Shown here piece after piece: positions 54,326-63,326 of a DNA stretch of 64,000 nucleotides (position 1 is its first letter; each line of letters begins with the position of its first letter). The position numbers were made by a program, and so were the translations under genes. This DNA is from a virus. Taxonomy: Duplodnaviria > Heunggongvirae > Uroviricota > Caudoviricetes. Under the pieces are notes generated by a model, which ran no database searches, was not told the DNA's origin, and saw only the letters and a program-made list of their open reading frames with translations. Location: positions 18,759-82,758 of the IMG/VR virus record IMGVR_UViG_3300027673_000001, one strand, 5' to 3'.

Positions 54326-56151
54326 TAGATTCTGCTATTTGTGATTTGGAATTTGTTGCCGCTGTAGGCTCTGCCCTTGGTTGATTCATCTGCGATCACA
54401 GATACTTTCAGCAAGCTCAAATCTATCTCTACAGTTTGGTTTAGAGTGCTTACTATGTCCGCGCTGGCAGGAAGACCGTTTATCTTAAAAGTACTGGTTT
54501 CTAGTCTCAGGATGTTTAGGTTATCTAGCCTAAAAGAACCTGTGTTGTAATCAACAGTTCCTATGTTTCCAACGATTCTCCTTATACCTGTCTCGACGGT
54601 CTCTAGTCTTAGAGTACCAAGACCATCGTCGGTTATGACGCAAGGTGTGAGGACATCAGGAACAAAGATACCACTTGAGTTGATAGTACCTGGGATAAAT
54701 GGGTTACCAACTTCTATCCTGTAGTTGTTGACTCTACTGAATACAGGAGTAATTGTCCTATAGAGTCTCATTCTAGGAACAGAAGAGACAAAGGAATCAT
54801 CAACAGATTCAACTATTCGGCTGACGATGGATTGCCTTAGGATTCTATTGAAACGACCCAGCTCATTCTCGTTGTAATCTATGATTGCTTCTGTGACTAG
54901 AGTTCTGAGGGTATCTGGACTCCTACTTGCCACAGTTGTATCATAGTATGCAACCAAGTCTAGTTCTACCTCAATAATGTCGGGGTCAGTAAACTCAGGT
55001 ATTACAGACACAACCTTGTACTGGTTAAGGATAGTTCTTGTGATCTCGTCTTTTTCGTTCAATGAGAGAGTTCCGCCACTGAAAGTTCTTGCGCTTATGA
55101 ATACCTTACCATAGACAGGAGGGTTATTGTTTTCCCCACCCCACACAGCTACGTCCCTGATAGAAGGAACAGTCTTGAGAAGAATAGATTCATAGTCCTG
55201 AGCAGACACAGCTCTGTTCTGGGACGCATAGAAGTTTGGCGCATTGAAGCGAATCTGCTCTATGTCCTCTGGTTCTGAGCCACCTCCAATGGGCGTTCTC
55301 ATCGTGAGGTTTGATACTACTCCGCCGGCAGGGTCGGAACCAGAGTAGGTTATGAGTCTAGTTCCATTTGGCGCAGAACCGCTGCTAACCATATACTCAA
55401 CAGTAACGATGGCGCCGATAGGTGGTCTCTTGCCCACGACACCGTCACCAAATTCAACAGCATACAGCCCATCTAGTTCATTAGTAAAGAACACCGGAGT
55501 GTCGCCATCTGCAGATACTAGACTTTCTGTTGGGAGGTAAACCTGGAAGTTTGAGCTTCCTGGCTGATCCTGAACCTTCACCGTAATGGTTGATGTATCT
55601 ACGTTATCGTTTGGCAACCTTAGACTATTGGACCCGTCGAACTCATAAGTGTTAACGACAGGAGCACCTTCCATCACCCTAACACCCTCGAAGTAATAGT
55701 TGAGGTCTCCCTCGTCTCTACCTGCTGTGATATCTTCTTGGGTGTAGAGGGTGTATCTAACTCCTGAGTTCACTACCTGAAAGGTAGAATACTTTGGAAG
55801 CGTTATGAAGGGAGGTCTCTCGCCTGATTGATCCAGGGGGACACCGGTTACAACAAAGTCAACAACCGTAGAGGCACACCTATATGACCTTGGTGTGTAC
55901 CCAAGGCTTTTCGCAATAGAAACAACAGATCCCCTCCTGCTTGCAGAATCCAGGAACACCTCATTAAGAGCCATGTTTGTGTAGACAGCATTGTAATGGG
56001 TGTTATAAGCCAGGATATCCAGGAGGATGGACATATTGGAGCCCTCGAAGTCAAAGTCCGTGAACTTGTTCTGGGCTCTGAGGAACTCCTTGAAGTTTTG
56101 CTTTATGGAATCAAACTCAAGTTCAGAGATTGATATTCTTCTGTTTGCCAT
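54325..56151 (-). CDS. gp6: baseplate wedge subunit
   Basis: ELEFDSIK, FEGSNMSILLDILAYNTHYNA, FGDGVVGK, SQNRAVSAQDY, GGENNNPPVYGKVFIS. Confidence 0.96.
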   Translation of the reverse strand: MANRRISISELEFDSIKQNFKEFLRAQNKFTDFDFEGSNMSILLDILAYNTHYNAVYTNMALNEVFLDSASRRGSVVSIAKSLGYTPRSYRCASTVVDFVVTGVPLDQSGERPPFITLPKYSTFQVVNSGVRYTLYTQEDITAGRDEGDLNYYFEGVRVMEGAPVVNTYEFDGSNSLRLPNDNVDTSTITVKVQDQPGSSNFQVYLPTESLVSADGDTPVFFTNELDGLYAVEFGDGVVGKRPPIGAIVTVEYMVSSGSAPNGTRLITYSGSDPAGGVVSNLTMRTPIGGGSEPEDIEQIRFNAPNFYASQNRAVSAQDYESILLKTVPSIRDVAVWGGENNNPPVYGKVFISARTFSGGTLSLNEKDEITRTILNQYKVVSVIPEFTDPDIIEVELDLVAYYDTTVASRSPDTLRTLVTEAIIDYNENELGRFNRILRQSIVSRIVESVDDSFVSSVPRMRLYRTITPVFSRVNNYRIEVGNPFIPGTINSSGIFVPDVLTPCVITDDGLGTLRLETVETGIRRIVGNIGTVDYNTGSFRLDNLNILRLETSTFKINGLPASADIVSTLNQTVEIDLSLLKVSVIADESTKGRAYSGNKFQITNSRI

Positions 56152-56537
56152 TACCTAGTCCTCTCCAGGGCGAATTGCACGGTTATAGGTGTTTGTGTGT
56201 TGATGATGTTAAAAATGATGGTAACACCAACTTCATGATTGTCAGGAACGAAGCTTATTTGAATATCCTGAACTTCCACCCTAGGTTCGAAGTTATTGAT
56301 TGTTGTTTGTATCTCGTCCCTAAGCATGGCAACCATACCATAGGAAGGAGTGTCGAAAAGGATGTTATTTACGGAGCTACCAATTTCGCTGTGAAAAGGT
56401 CTCTCGTAGTGCTTAGTTAGGATCAGGTTCTTAACTGCATTCTTTATGGCCTTTTCGTTAACTTGTACAGGTAGGTCACCAGTTGCTGGGTTAGCAATGA
56501 AGTTTAGATCTAAGTCAACGAATTTTCTTGTAGCCAT
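56151..56537 (-). CDS. gp25: baseplate wedge subunit
   Basis: DLDLNF, AIKNAVKNLILT...ERPFHSEIGS, INNFEPRV. Confidence 0.95.
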   Translation of the reverse strand: MATRKFVDLDLNFIANPATGDLPVQVNEKAIKNAVKNLILTKHYERPFHSEIGSSVNNILFDTPSYGMVAMLRDEIQTTINNFEPRVEVQDIQISFVPDNHEVGVTIIFNIINTQTPITVQFALERTR

Positions 56538-56542
56538 AATCG

Positions 56543-56550
56543 TATTTAGT
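56543..56550 (-). promoter_or_regulatory. late promoter variant ACTAAATA, 5 nt before the gp25 ATG
   Basis: ACTAAATA-CGATT-ATG; no SD. Confidence 0.7.
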
Positions 56551-56554
56551 CAGC

Positions 56555-58981
56555 TTACGCTAATCTTGAAATCGTGAATACGTCCTTGCTAATTCTTCTA
56601 TGGTTGTTCATTGTGAAGTTTTGCCTTCTATTGTTCCCTCCGGAGAAGCTGACGTGTATCCAACCGTTACCACCGGGAGTCAAGTATTCGAGAATCAACT
56701 GGTCATATGGAACCAGCTTTTGTACTTGGAGAATCACATCATAGAGTTCTGCTCTAGAAACTCCAACGAAGGAAAGGTCAACTGCCTGTCCTCTCTCGTG
56801 CTGGCTTCTACCTGTGCCATACCTAAAGCAGGAGTTAATCTTGACGTTGGGGAAATTATCCCTGATTGGGTCAATGACGTTCTCTGCAAGGGACTTAAGG
56901 TTACAGAAAATCTGTGCCTCTGTTAGGCCTCCCTGTGCCTTGAGAGGACGACTACCATTGGATGTTAGGTCAGCAAGGTTGTAGTACTTACCCATCCTCT
57001 CACGTCCCGTGAATGTATTCTGGGATGCAGGGATACCACACTCATTGATTTGCTCTTCAACTTGGTTTGGTTCGGGTTTCACTTCTTCTACTACCTCTGG
57101 CTTGGTTTCCAACTGCTCCTTAGTTAGAGCTCCTTGTCTGATCATCTCTTCCTCAAACTCCTCAACAGCAGAGGGGTCATCCTCCGTCACTTCATAATCT
57201 ATTGCCGTCTCTTCCTTCCTAGTTAGAACGTTCAGGGGAGCAGCGGATGACACAGAGGCACCTATGGCACCGATGGTTTGCAGACCAGCCGCAAATCCTG
57301 AGTTCATGTGTATCAAGGGAGCATCCATGGCTATTGTCCCGCCTGCTTTCACGTAGAAGTTACCACCAACAGTCATATCCATATTACCAGCTACATTTAG
57401 GTTTGCGCTGTCATGGATATTAACTGTGGTCTTTCCGTTTATCTGTACATCACAAGTACCGTCAACTCTAAGAGTGTGGGCTCCTTCTACTCTAACATCA
57501 AGAGACCCGATGACATGGACATAACCATTGCGTTCGATGATTGTGTATCCGTCGCCTACAATGAAGTTGACTTGAGTTCCGTTGTGGTCTATCTCAGTGA
57601 ACGTCCCCTTGGTGTGATACATATGGACCCTTTCGCGCCCCTTTGTATCGTCAAACTCCATCAGATGCCCACTCTCACTCTGATAGACGTTGTTGAAAGG
57701 ATACTGGGCATTGTAGGGAGTCTTGGCTTGGTCCCAGGAGCCCTTACCGTTGGCTTTTTCTACACCCACGTGTCTGTTTTGTTCCTTGAGGAAAACTACT
57801 GTCTCGCCTATCTTTTCGTGCCTTGCCAAACGGTTTGTGTCTGGTTCGTTCAAGTGCGAAGCCAGGGGATATTTTCCGTTAGGGTCCTTGAAACCTACGT
57901 TTGGGCTGGAAAACGCTACTTCTGATTCCTCAAAGGAGACCAGATTCCCTTCTCTGATATCTCTGTCAACCTCTGCTGGGTTTGCGTCTCTAATTGCCTG
58001 GGTGTTTTGCAGGGAAACATCCTCGGGGCGGGGAGTGTCTGCTCTGGTGATTTTTGTAGTGAGGGGGTCAGAACCAGCAACCGACCTAAAACCTTCCTTG
58101 TAGTATCTTTCTGTAGTGGTTCCATTGGCGTCTGCTTTGACAACGCCATTATAGAATTGCTTTGCACCACCAGCACCATACAGGTGGGCAGAGGCTATGA
58201 GCCCTGCTTTCTCTGCATCCGACATTGTACCTATAGGTACCCCTATCCTTGTCAGGATTCTGAAGTTGGCGTCTATGTTCTCGGACATAACCAACTCCTG
58301 TATTTCGGGGTTATTCAGGAAGTCTTCTTTGCTTCTTATGCCATTCTTTCCTGTCCAGTTGCTTGCCTCATCGAGACCCCTATTGGAAGTACCCGCCTTG
58401 ACGTAGCCCCTATCCTGTAGCGCCGCAGCGCCGAACTGATACTTTCCCAGATAGTTCAGCTGGTTTACTGCAAGGTAGTTGTTTGAGGATTCGAGCTCAC
58501 CCAATCTAATGGTGACCTTTTTCTTCCAATCCGGGTCAACCAAAGGAGCGGGCGTTTCTGTTGTTACGGGCTCGCCTGTGCCGCTGGTTACAGGTACTCC
58601 AGCACCAGAGATGACCTGGTTAGGTACAGGAACAACGTTATCTCTTTCGAGAATGGAAAACTTCTCAAGGGGAGGGTTAACGCTCTGGGGTATACCTCCA
58701 AGAGACCCTATGATAAAGGGCATCTGTTTTTCTGGGTCCATGAACTGAACAGCTACCCATGTGCCTTCTACCAACCCAACAGGAGCATTACCTATTCCGT
58801 TCATAGCGCCAGATACAGAGGGTTGAATTTTTGCTGCCCAAGGTAGATCTTCTGTAGGTAGTTGAGATTTATCCCAAGTGTGTAGTCCTAGTATTCTAAC
58901 ACGACACCTACCATTTTTCAATGGGTCAAGGCGGGATTCAACAACCCCTAAGTAGAAATCTGGTGAATTAAAATTGTTCAT
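56555..58981 (-). CDS. gp5: baseplate hub spike: OB-fold, lysozyme-like domain, beta-helix, C-terminal M15 Zn-peptidase
   Basis: GVVESRLDPLKNGRCRVRILG...LPWA; ESSNNY...YLGKYQFG; YPFNNVYQSESGHLMEFDDT; SQHERGQAVD...WIHVS. Confidence 0.9.
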   Translation of the reverse strand: MNNFNSPDFYLGVVESRLDPLKNGRCRVRILGLHTWDKSQLPTEDLPWAAKIQPSVSGAMNGIGNAPVGLVEGTWVAVQFMDPEKQMPFIIGSLGGIPQSVNPPLEKFSILERDNVVPVPNQVISGAGVPVTSGTGEPVTTETPAPLVDPDWKKKVTIRLGELESSNNYLAVNQLNYLGKYQFGAAALQDRGYVKAGTSNRGLDEASNWTGKNGIRSKEDFLNNPEIQELVMSENIDANFRILTRIGVPIGTMSDAEKAGLIASAHLYGAGGAKQFYNGVVKADANGTTTERYYKEGFRSVAGSDPLTTKITRADTPRPEDVSLQNTQAIRDANPAEVDRDIREGNLVSFEESEVAFSSPNVGFKDPNGKYPLASHLNEPDTNRLARHEKIGETVVFLKEQNRHVGVEKANGKGSWDQAKTPYNAQYPFNNVYQSESGHLMEFDDTKGRERVHMYHTKGTFTEIDHNGTQVNFIVGDGYTIIERNGYVHVIGSLDVRVEGAHTLRVDGTCDVQINGKTTVNIHDSANLNVAGNMDMTVGGNFYVKAGGTIAMDAPLIHMNSGFAAGLQTIGAIGASVSSAAPLNVLTRKEETAIDYEVTEDDPSAVEEFEEEMIRQGALTKEQLETKPEVVEEVKPEPNQVEEQINECGIPASQNTFTGRERMGKYYNLADLTSNGSRPLKAQGGLTEAQIFCNLKSLAENVIDPIRDNFPNVKINSCFRYGTGRSQHERGQAVDLSFVGVSRAELYDVILQVQKLVPYDQLILEYLTPGGNGWIHVSFSGGNNRRQNFTMNNHRRISKDVFTISRLA

Positions 58982-59051
58982 CTTGAATTGACAAAGTGCT
59001 TGACACGTCGTAAACTAACCGTGTACTGAATGATAATCAACAGGAATTATA
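58981..59051 (+). repeat. conserved intergenic element, copy 2 (contains TTGACA-17-TAAACT at 58988-59016)
   Basis: 64/72 identical to 4734-4805; fills the whole gap between the hub stop and the gp5 start. Confidence 0.9.
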
Positions 59052-60321
59052 AAGACCTAATGATGCTGTCCTTACTAATCTCCATGTTGCAAAGATGGCT
59101 TTCTCTGGTTATGGTATGAGTAAGAGCCGTGATAAGGTACTTACCTGTTAGCATCTGATCAATAATCTCTTCTGAAGAGTCTGTTTCGTTAGTCTTTGAA
59201 TTCTTGTAGGCTGTCATTTCTATAGGTCTTCCTACACTATAGTCCATTCTGCCAAATACTTGAATGTTAGTTGTGAACGCAGAAAGTTGCTTCAACAAGG
59301 CAGTTCTTTCCAGGAAGTGCGTTACTGAAAGTTGGGGGCTGTTCTGGTAGATGTTTCTGTGTATCACAGACATATGAAGGTTTGCCTCAGGTCTGAACTG
59401 AAGTCTCTCGGAATCAAAGCCCTTGTTGGGGTTCAGAGTCGGAGCCCTAGCTAAGTCCTTTGATGCTATGAGGTTCTGGTAGTCCAGTCTTTTTGTTTCT
59501 ATGTCATAACGATATGCCGTACCGCCATAGAAACCAGATTCTACCCTATCAAAGTAGTCATAGAATACAGGCGTTGACATATCAAGAACTGTGCCCCAGT
59601 CCTCTTCTATGTTCTTGCTTTCTCCGGGTCTCCTAGTCTTGGGGTGCCTAAAGAACTTTGCCATTGTGGGGAGTTTGTATAGGCTCTGCAGACTTGCGAA
59701 AACAAATCCTTCGTTGTTTTCGAAGAATGTGTAGGAGGGGTAACCCTCAGTTGATATCGCATCACCGACTAGGTGATATATGTTTTGCGTGGGAGTCCAG
59801 AAATTGCTAGTGTGTATGTTGTTGTTGGCTGTCTCTTCTATGACGGCATTCTTGCTGGTATTAAGTCCAGGATCTGTCCTTAGGAGTGTCCTAACAGTAT
59901 CAGAGATTCGTCCCCTGAATGTTTGGCTTATCCTGGAGTTTACATCCGTGAAAGCTTCAATTGAAACAAAGCAAAGAGATATGACGTTATTCTTGGCTGT
60001 GATAGCTTCGTTGCCTTCCATCTTGTATATGTGGAAGACTTGGTTGCGTTTCTTGTTCCAAACAGCTGAACCATCAGGATGGGGAGTTTCCAAGTCAAGT
60101 ATCAGTAGCTCTTCACCCATGAAAGGCAAGGATTCTGCCAGGGAGTTGGCATCGCTTATGGTGAGTCTACCTGTGATGAAAGGGGACATGATGTCCTCAA
60201 AGATCTCCAGGGACACCATGATGTTCTTAAGGTTTATGCCCTTACCACGAGAATTGATAACCGTTACGCCATCTACTTTTATGGCGCCGGCTTCTATTCT
60301 GTTGTTTGCATCATCTATCAC
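59047..60321 (-). CDS. baseplate hub protein (gp27-like)
   Basis: LEIFEDIMSPFITGRLTISD, YTFFENNEGFVFASL, GKYLITALTHTI; between gp53 and gp5. Confidence 0.72.
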   Translation of the reverse strand: MIDDANNRIEAGAIKVDGVTVINSRGKGINLKNIMVSLEIFEDIMSPFITGRLTISDANSLAESLPFMGEELLILDLETPHPDGSAVWNKKRNQVFHIYKMEGNEAITAKNNVISLCFVSIEAFTDVNSRISQTFRGRISDTVRTLLRTDPGLNTSKNAVIEETANNNIHTSNFWTPTQNIYHLVGDAISTEGYPSYTFFENNEGFVFASLQSLYKLPTMAKFFRHPKTRRPGESKNIEEDWGTVLDMSTPVFYDYFDRVESGFYGGTAYRYDIETKRLDYQNLIASKDLARAPTLNPNKGFDSERLQFRPEANLHMSVIHRNIYQNSPQLSVTHFLERTALLKQLSAFTTNIQVFGRMDYSVGRPIEMTAYKNSKTNETDSSEEIIDQMLTGKYLITALTHTITRESHLCNMEISKDSIIRSL

Positions 60322-61103
60322 AGAAGATCCCTAAAGTTGTTTAGGACAGTGGAGAGTAGGTTCTCATCTATGACCCTGATTGTTCTCTTGAGGTCGTTTT
60401 GTTCTTGCTCTCTGTTGTATATACTTATGGCTCTGAGATTTGGTATGGCGCCCATGTCTATTCTATGGGTCTTTGTGTCCAGTCTCTGGTTTGTGTCCTT
60501 GTAGAAGTACCTCTTGATTTGAATTCCTAGAACATCGTCATAGAAGTTCACGGACATCACAGGTCTGATCTCTACCGTATTGTTGGACCTATTGATGACC
60601 CTAACATCCTGGTTGATATCCACCGAAAGACCGTTGTCTTGCTTGAATTCAACAATGAGAGTTCTTGGAGTAAGACCATAGAACACTTCAAGATATGTGA
60701 TCTCACTATCTACGCTATCGCCTGTGAGCTCACCAATGGATATGTCGGCAAGTATCGAGCTGGAGGAAGCCAGGGATACTAGAGTTGGGTTGTACCTTCT
60801 CTCTACGTAAGTCTCAAACTCAGCTGAACCTAGTGGTAGGTCCTTGGCATAGTCGAACCTATCGTTTAGGAGCATCAGGACCCAATAGTAATCCGGAGAC
60901 CCGTATAGTCTTTCGGACAAGTTTTCGATTGTATCATTCTCTGGTATGTTGATGACATCATACAGAGAGATGTTGTCAAGAACTTCTTTCTTGAACCTAA
61001 CGTTCCTGGTTATATCTACAAGGGAGACAAACTCCGGCTTCTTCCTATAGGAAGGCGGAGATATTTGAAACAGCGTGCTTGGAAAGTTCTGGAAGTATTT
61101 CAT
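60318..61103 (-). CDS. gp53: baseplate wedge subunit with an insertion
   Basis: MKYFQNFP, IENLSERLYGSPDYYWVLMLLN, NDLKRTIRVI. Confidence 0.88.
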   Translation of the reverse strand: MKYFQNFPSTLFQISPPSYRKKPEFVSLVDITRNVRFKKEVLDNISLYDVINIPENDTIENLSERLYGSPDYYWVLMLLNDRFDYAKDLPLGSAEFETYVERRYNPTLVSLASSSSILADISIGELTGDSVDSEITYLEVFYGLTPRTLIVEFKQDNGLSVDINQDVRVINRSNNTVEIRPVMSVNFYDDVLGIQIKRYFYKDTNQRLDTKTHRIDMGAIPNLRAISIYNREQEQNDLKRTIRVIDENLLSTVLNNFRDLL

Positions 61104-62194
61104 TAGAATCCCTGCTCTACAGTTTCCTTAGTGAGGATGGAGAGTTCCTTGAATGTCATTGACACTCTCTGAGCCACTGGCGCACCAGCCTCGTGCTGAG
61201 CCCAAAGACCAAAAGGAGTGTTGTTTATAGTGAGGTTGGTTAGAACACAAGTTGCAATCTTGTTTATCCAGAGGTTTTCTTCTCCCTGGTGGTAGAAAGT
61301 AATATCAAACTCCGAAGGATAAACAAAAGTGTACCTACCCTCTGACTGATATTCGGGGTGCATATGGAACTTCAAAGTACTTAGGATGGCCAATAGTCTT
61401 GCGGACTCTATAACGGACTTTGGGTAGAAGATGTAGTCCATTGTAAAAGTCCTGAATCCCACTCCCCTGAATATTTGCTCTTGCTTTTGGTTGTACGCCA
61501 CACCTGTTAAGGCGCTTATACCTGACGAACCCAGGGCGCTCTGTGTTCCTAGAGACAGAGCAGTGGCTGCGTCAAGTGCGCCTCCTCCTATGTTCTTAAG
61601 GGTAGTGGTGTCTCCTGTAAACGCTGCCTTAACTGCATCAACCGATGCGCCACCCATTCTAAGAGCAGCGTTCAATAGAGCGACACTATCCTCGCCCCAT
61701 TCCATGCTGTAGGGTGTTGTTAGTTCCTGGGGCATGGGTAGCATAATGGCGCTGTCTATTCTCTTTGTTTCCTTAACACCGTTTGCCAATGGTAATGCCG
61801 CGAATCCTCCAGCGGCTACACCCTTAACTCCCGTGGACACTGCGTTGACTGCTGCCCTAGGTCCGCCACCATTGAGATAATCACCTATGCCTTTGACTAT
61901 GCCTGGTATTGCAACCGCGGCACCAACGGATATACCCGCATTTGCTGCTCTCTGAGCCGGGGTGTCGCCTCTTATGTTGGAGTTTTGTGTGTTTGTGAAA
62001 TCTCTTCGATCTCTCTGGGAAATGTCGACAGTCTTGTACCTTGAACTATACCTTGATGTAGTTAGGGTATTGATGTTTATCATCATCCATGAGTCACCAT
62101 ACCTGCTTTGATCTCCAAAGAGATCTTCAGGAAACGTCAGTGACTGGATGTTGTATTTGTTTGCGTTATCTATTCTGTCTAGGTAGCTTGACAT
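61103..62194 (-). CDS. gp48: baseplate tail tube cap
   Basis: LPMPQEL, FRGVGFRTFTMDYIFYPKS, FVYPSEFDI, LTFKE-like end; likely start ATG 62194 rather than TTG 62206. Confidence 0.88.
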   Translation of the reverse strand: MSSYLDRIDNANKYNIQSLTFPEDLFGDQSRYGDSWMMININTLTTSRYSSRYKTVDISQRDRRDFTNTQNSNIRGDTPAQRAANAGISVGAAVAIPGIVKGIGDYLNGGGPRAAVNAVSTGVKGVAAGGFAALPLANGVKETKRIDSAIMLPMPQELTTPYSMEWGEDSVALLNAALRMGGASVDAVKAAFTGDTTTLKNIGGGALDAATALSLGTQSALGSSGISALTGVAYNQKQEQIFRGVGFRTFTMDYIFYPKSVIESARLLAILSTLKFHMHPEYQSEGRYTFVYPSEFDITFYHQGEENLWINKIATCVLTNLTINNTPFGLWAQHEAGAPVAQRVSMTFKELSILTKETVEQGF

Positions 62195-62223
62195 GGCTCT
62201 TTCCAATTCAAAGGAACTTCATG

Positions 62224-62257
62224 TATTTAGTCTGGTTCCCGGGAAAGCCACTAAATA
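62224..62257. promoter_or_regulatory. divergent pair of ACTAAATA late promoters (- at 62224-62231, + at 62250-62257)
   Basis: Both octamers are read directly at the strand-switch point. Confidence 0.75.
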
Positions 62258-62281
62258 ATAAGAAGCATCAATGTGTTACCC

Positions 62282-62737
62282 ATGGCCAGAAAATATCACC
62301 AAGGAAGATTCAAACCCGAAAGACCAGAAAAGTATAGAGGGGATGTAACAAACATCATCTATAGGTCTTCCTGGGAGAAAAGAATATTCAAGTGGGCAGA
62401 TAAAAACCCTGCTGTGCTTGAGTGGAGCTCAGAGGAAATCATTGTACCATACCTCTGTGAGACGGACAACAGAATCCATAGGTACTTTGTGGATATGCAC
62501 ATGAAAGTTAGGGATGTGAACGGCAACGTGTCCACTTACTTGGTTGAGGTAAAACCATATGCTCAGACACAGCCACCAAAACCCAGGAAAAAGCAAACCA
62601 GGGGGTACATAGAGGAAGTAGAGACGTTCGTGAAGAACCAGTCAAAGTGGAAAGCAGCAAAGAAGTTTGCCGAGGACAGAGGGGCAAAGTTCATAATCAT
62701 AACCGAAAGAGAGCTTGGAATTGGCAGAGCAAAGTAA
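62282..62737 (+). CDS. gp4: head completion nuclease (TnsA-like)
   Basis: KYRGDVTNIIYRSSWE, WSSEEIIVPY, HRYFVD, EVKP, NQSKWKAA; likely ATG 62282. Confidence 0.94.
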   Translation: MARKYHQGRFKPERPEKYRGDVTNIIYRSSWEKRIFKWADKNPAVLEWSSEEIIVPYLCETDNRIHRYFVDMHMKVRDVNGNVSTYLVEVKPYAQTQPPKPRKKQTRGYIEEVETFVKNQSKWKAAKKFAEDRGAKFIIITERELGIGRAK

Positions 62738-63326
62738 ATTCTCTAAGATACTAGAGAAGAATAGAGTTGAGCTAGCGCAGCTTCAAGGGAAATCTTCTGG
62801 CTGGTTTGATAGCAAAGTTCTTGCCATGAGGGATGTCAGGGAGATGAGAGCCGAAACTCTCCTAAGGGGAGATGCCGAGAGCAAGGGCAACAGAATCATA
62901 CCTGGTCATATGTATATGTTCCTTTACGATCCAAAGCATAAGGAAACTCTACCATACTATGATATGTTCCCGTTGGTCTTTCCTTTCTCTGCAGAGCCCG
63001 GAGGATTTAGGGGCATCAACCTCCATTACCTAGACTATAGGACAAGGGCTCTATTGCTTGATAGGCTAATGGAGTTTAGGACAAACAAAAGCATGGACGA
63101 AACAACAAGGCTCAGATTGAGCTGGCAATTGCTGTCCGGTCTTTCTAGGTTTGCCATAGCTCAACCGTGTGTAAAGCACTATCTCTACAGCCACGTCAGG
63201 AGCCCATTCAAGGCAGTGAACTCATCAGACTGGGCTACAGCTATGTTGGTGCCAATGGAAAGATTCGCAAAGGCAAGTAGAGCTCAGGTGTGGGCAGAAT
63301 CAAACAAAATCATTAGGAAACCATAA
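62715..63326 (+). CDS. gp2: DNA end protector protein
   Basis: YDPKHKETLPYYDMFPLVF, GFRGINLHYL, PCVKHYLYSHVRS. Confidence 0.94.
   Translation: MELAEQSKFSKILEKNRVELAQLQGKSSGWFDSKVLAMRDVREMRAETLLRGDAESKGNRIIPGHMYMFLYDPKHKETLPYYDMFPLVFPFSAEPGGFRGINLHYLDYRTRALLLDRLMEFRTNKSMDETTRLRLSWQLLSGLSRFAIAQPCVKHYLYSHVRSPFKAVNSSDWATAMLVPMERFAKASRAQVWAESNKIIRKP

Noticed and set aside
1358-62337. The many + strand ORFs of 60-260 aa lying opposite - strand genes (for example 1664-2440, 7831-8427, 12445-13110, 57413-57925, 59780-60334)
   Set aside because: Fully overlapped by well-supported conserved genes; Ser/Phe/Leu-rich composition typical of reverse-frame shadows; no SD or motifs.
62282-62737. TnsA-like nuclease interpreted as a transposon
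   Set aside because: Sequence and position next to gp2 match the T4 head-completion protein gp4; no transposase partners or terminal repeats.
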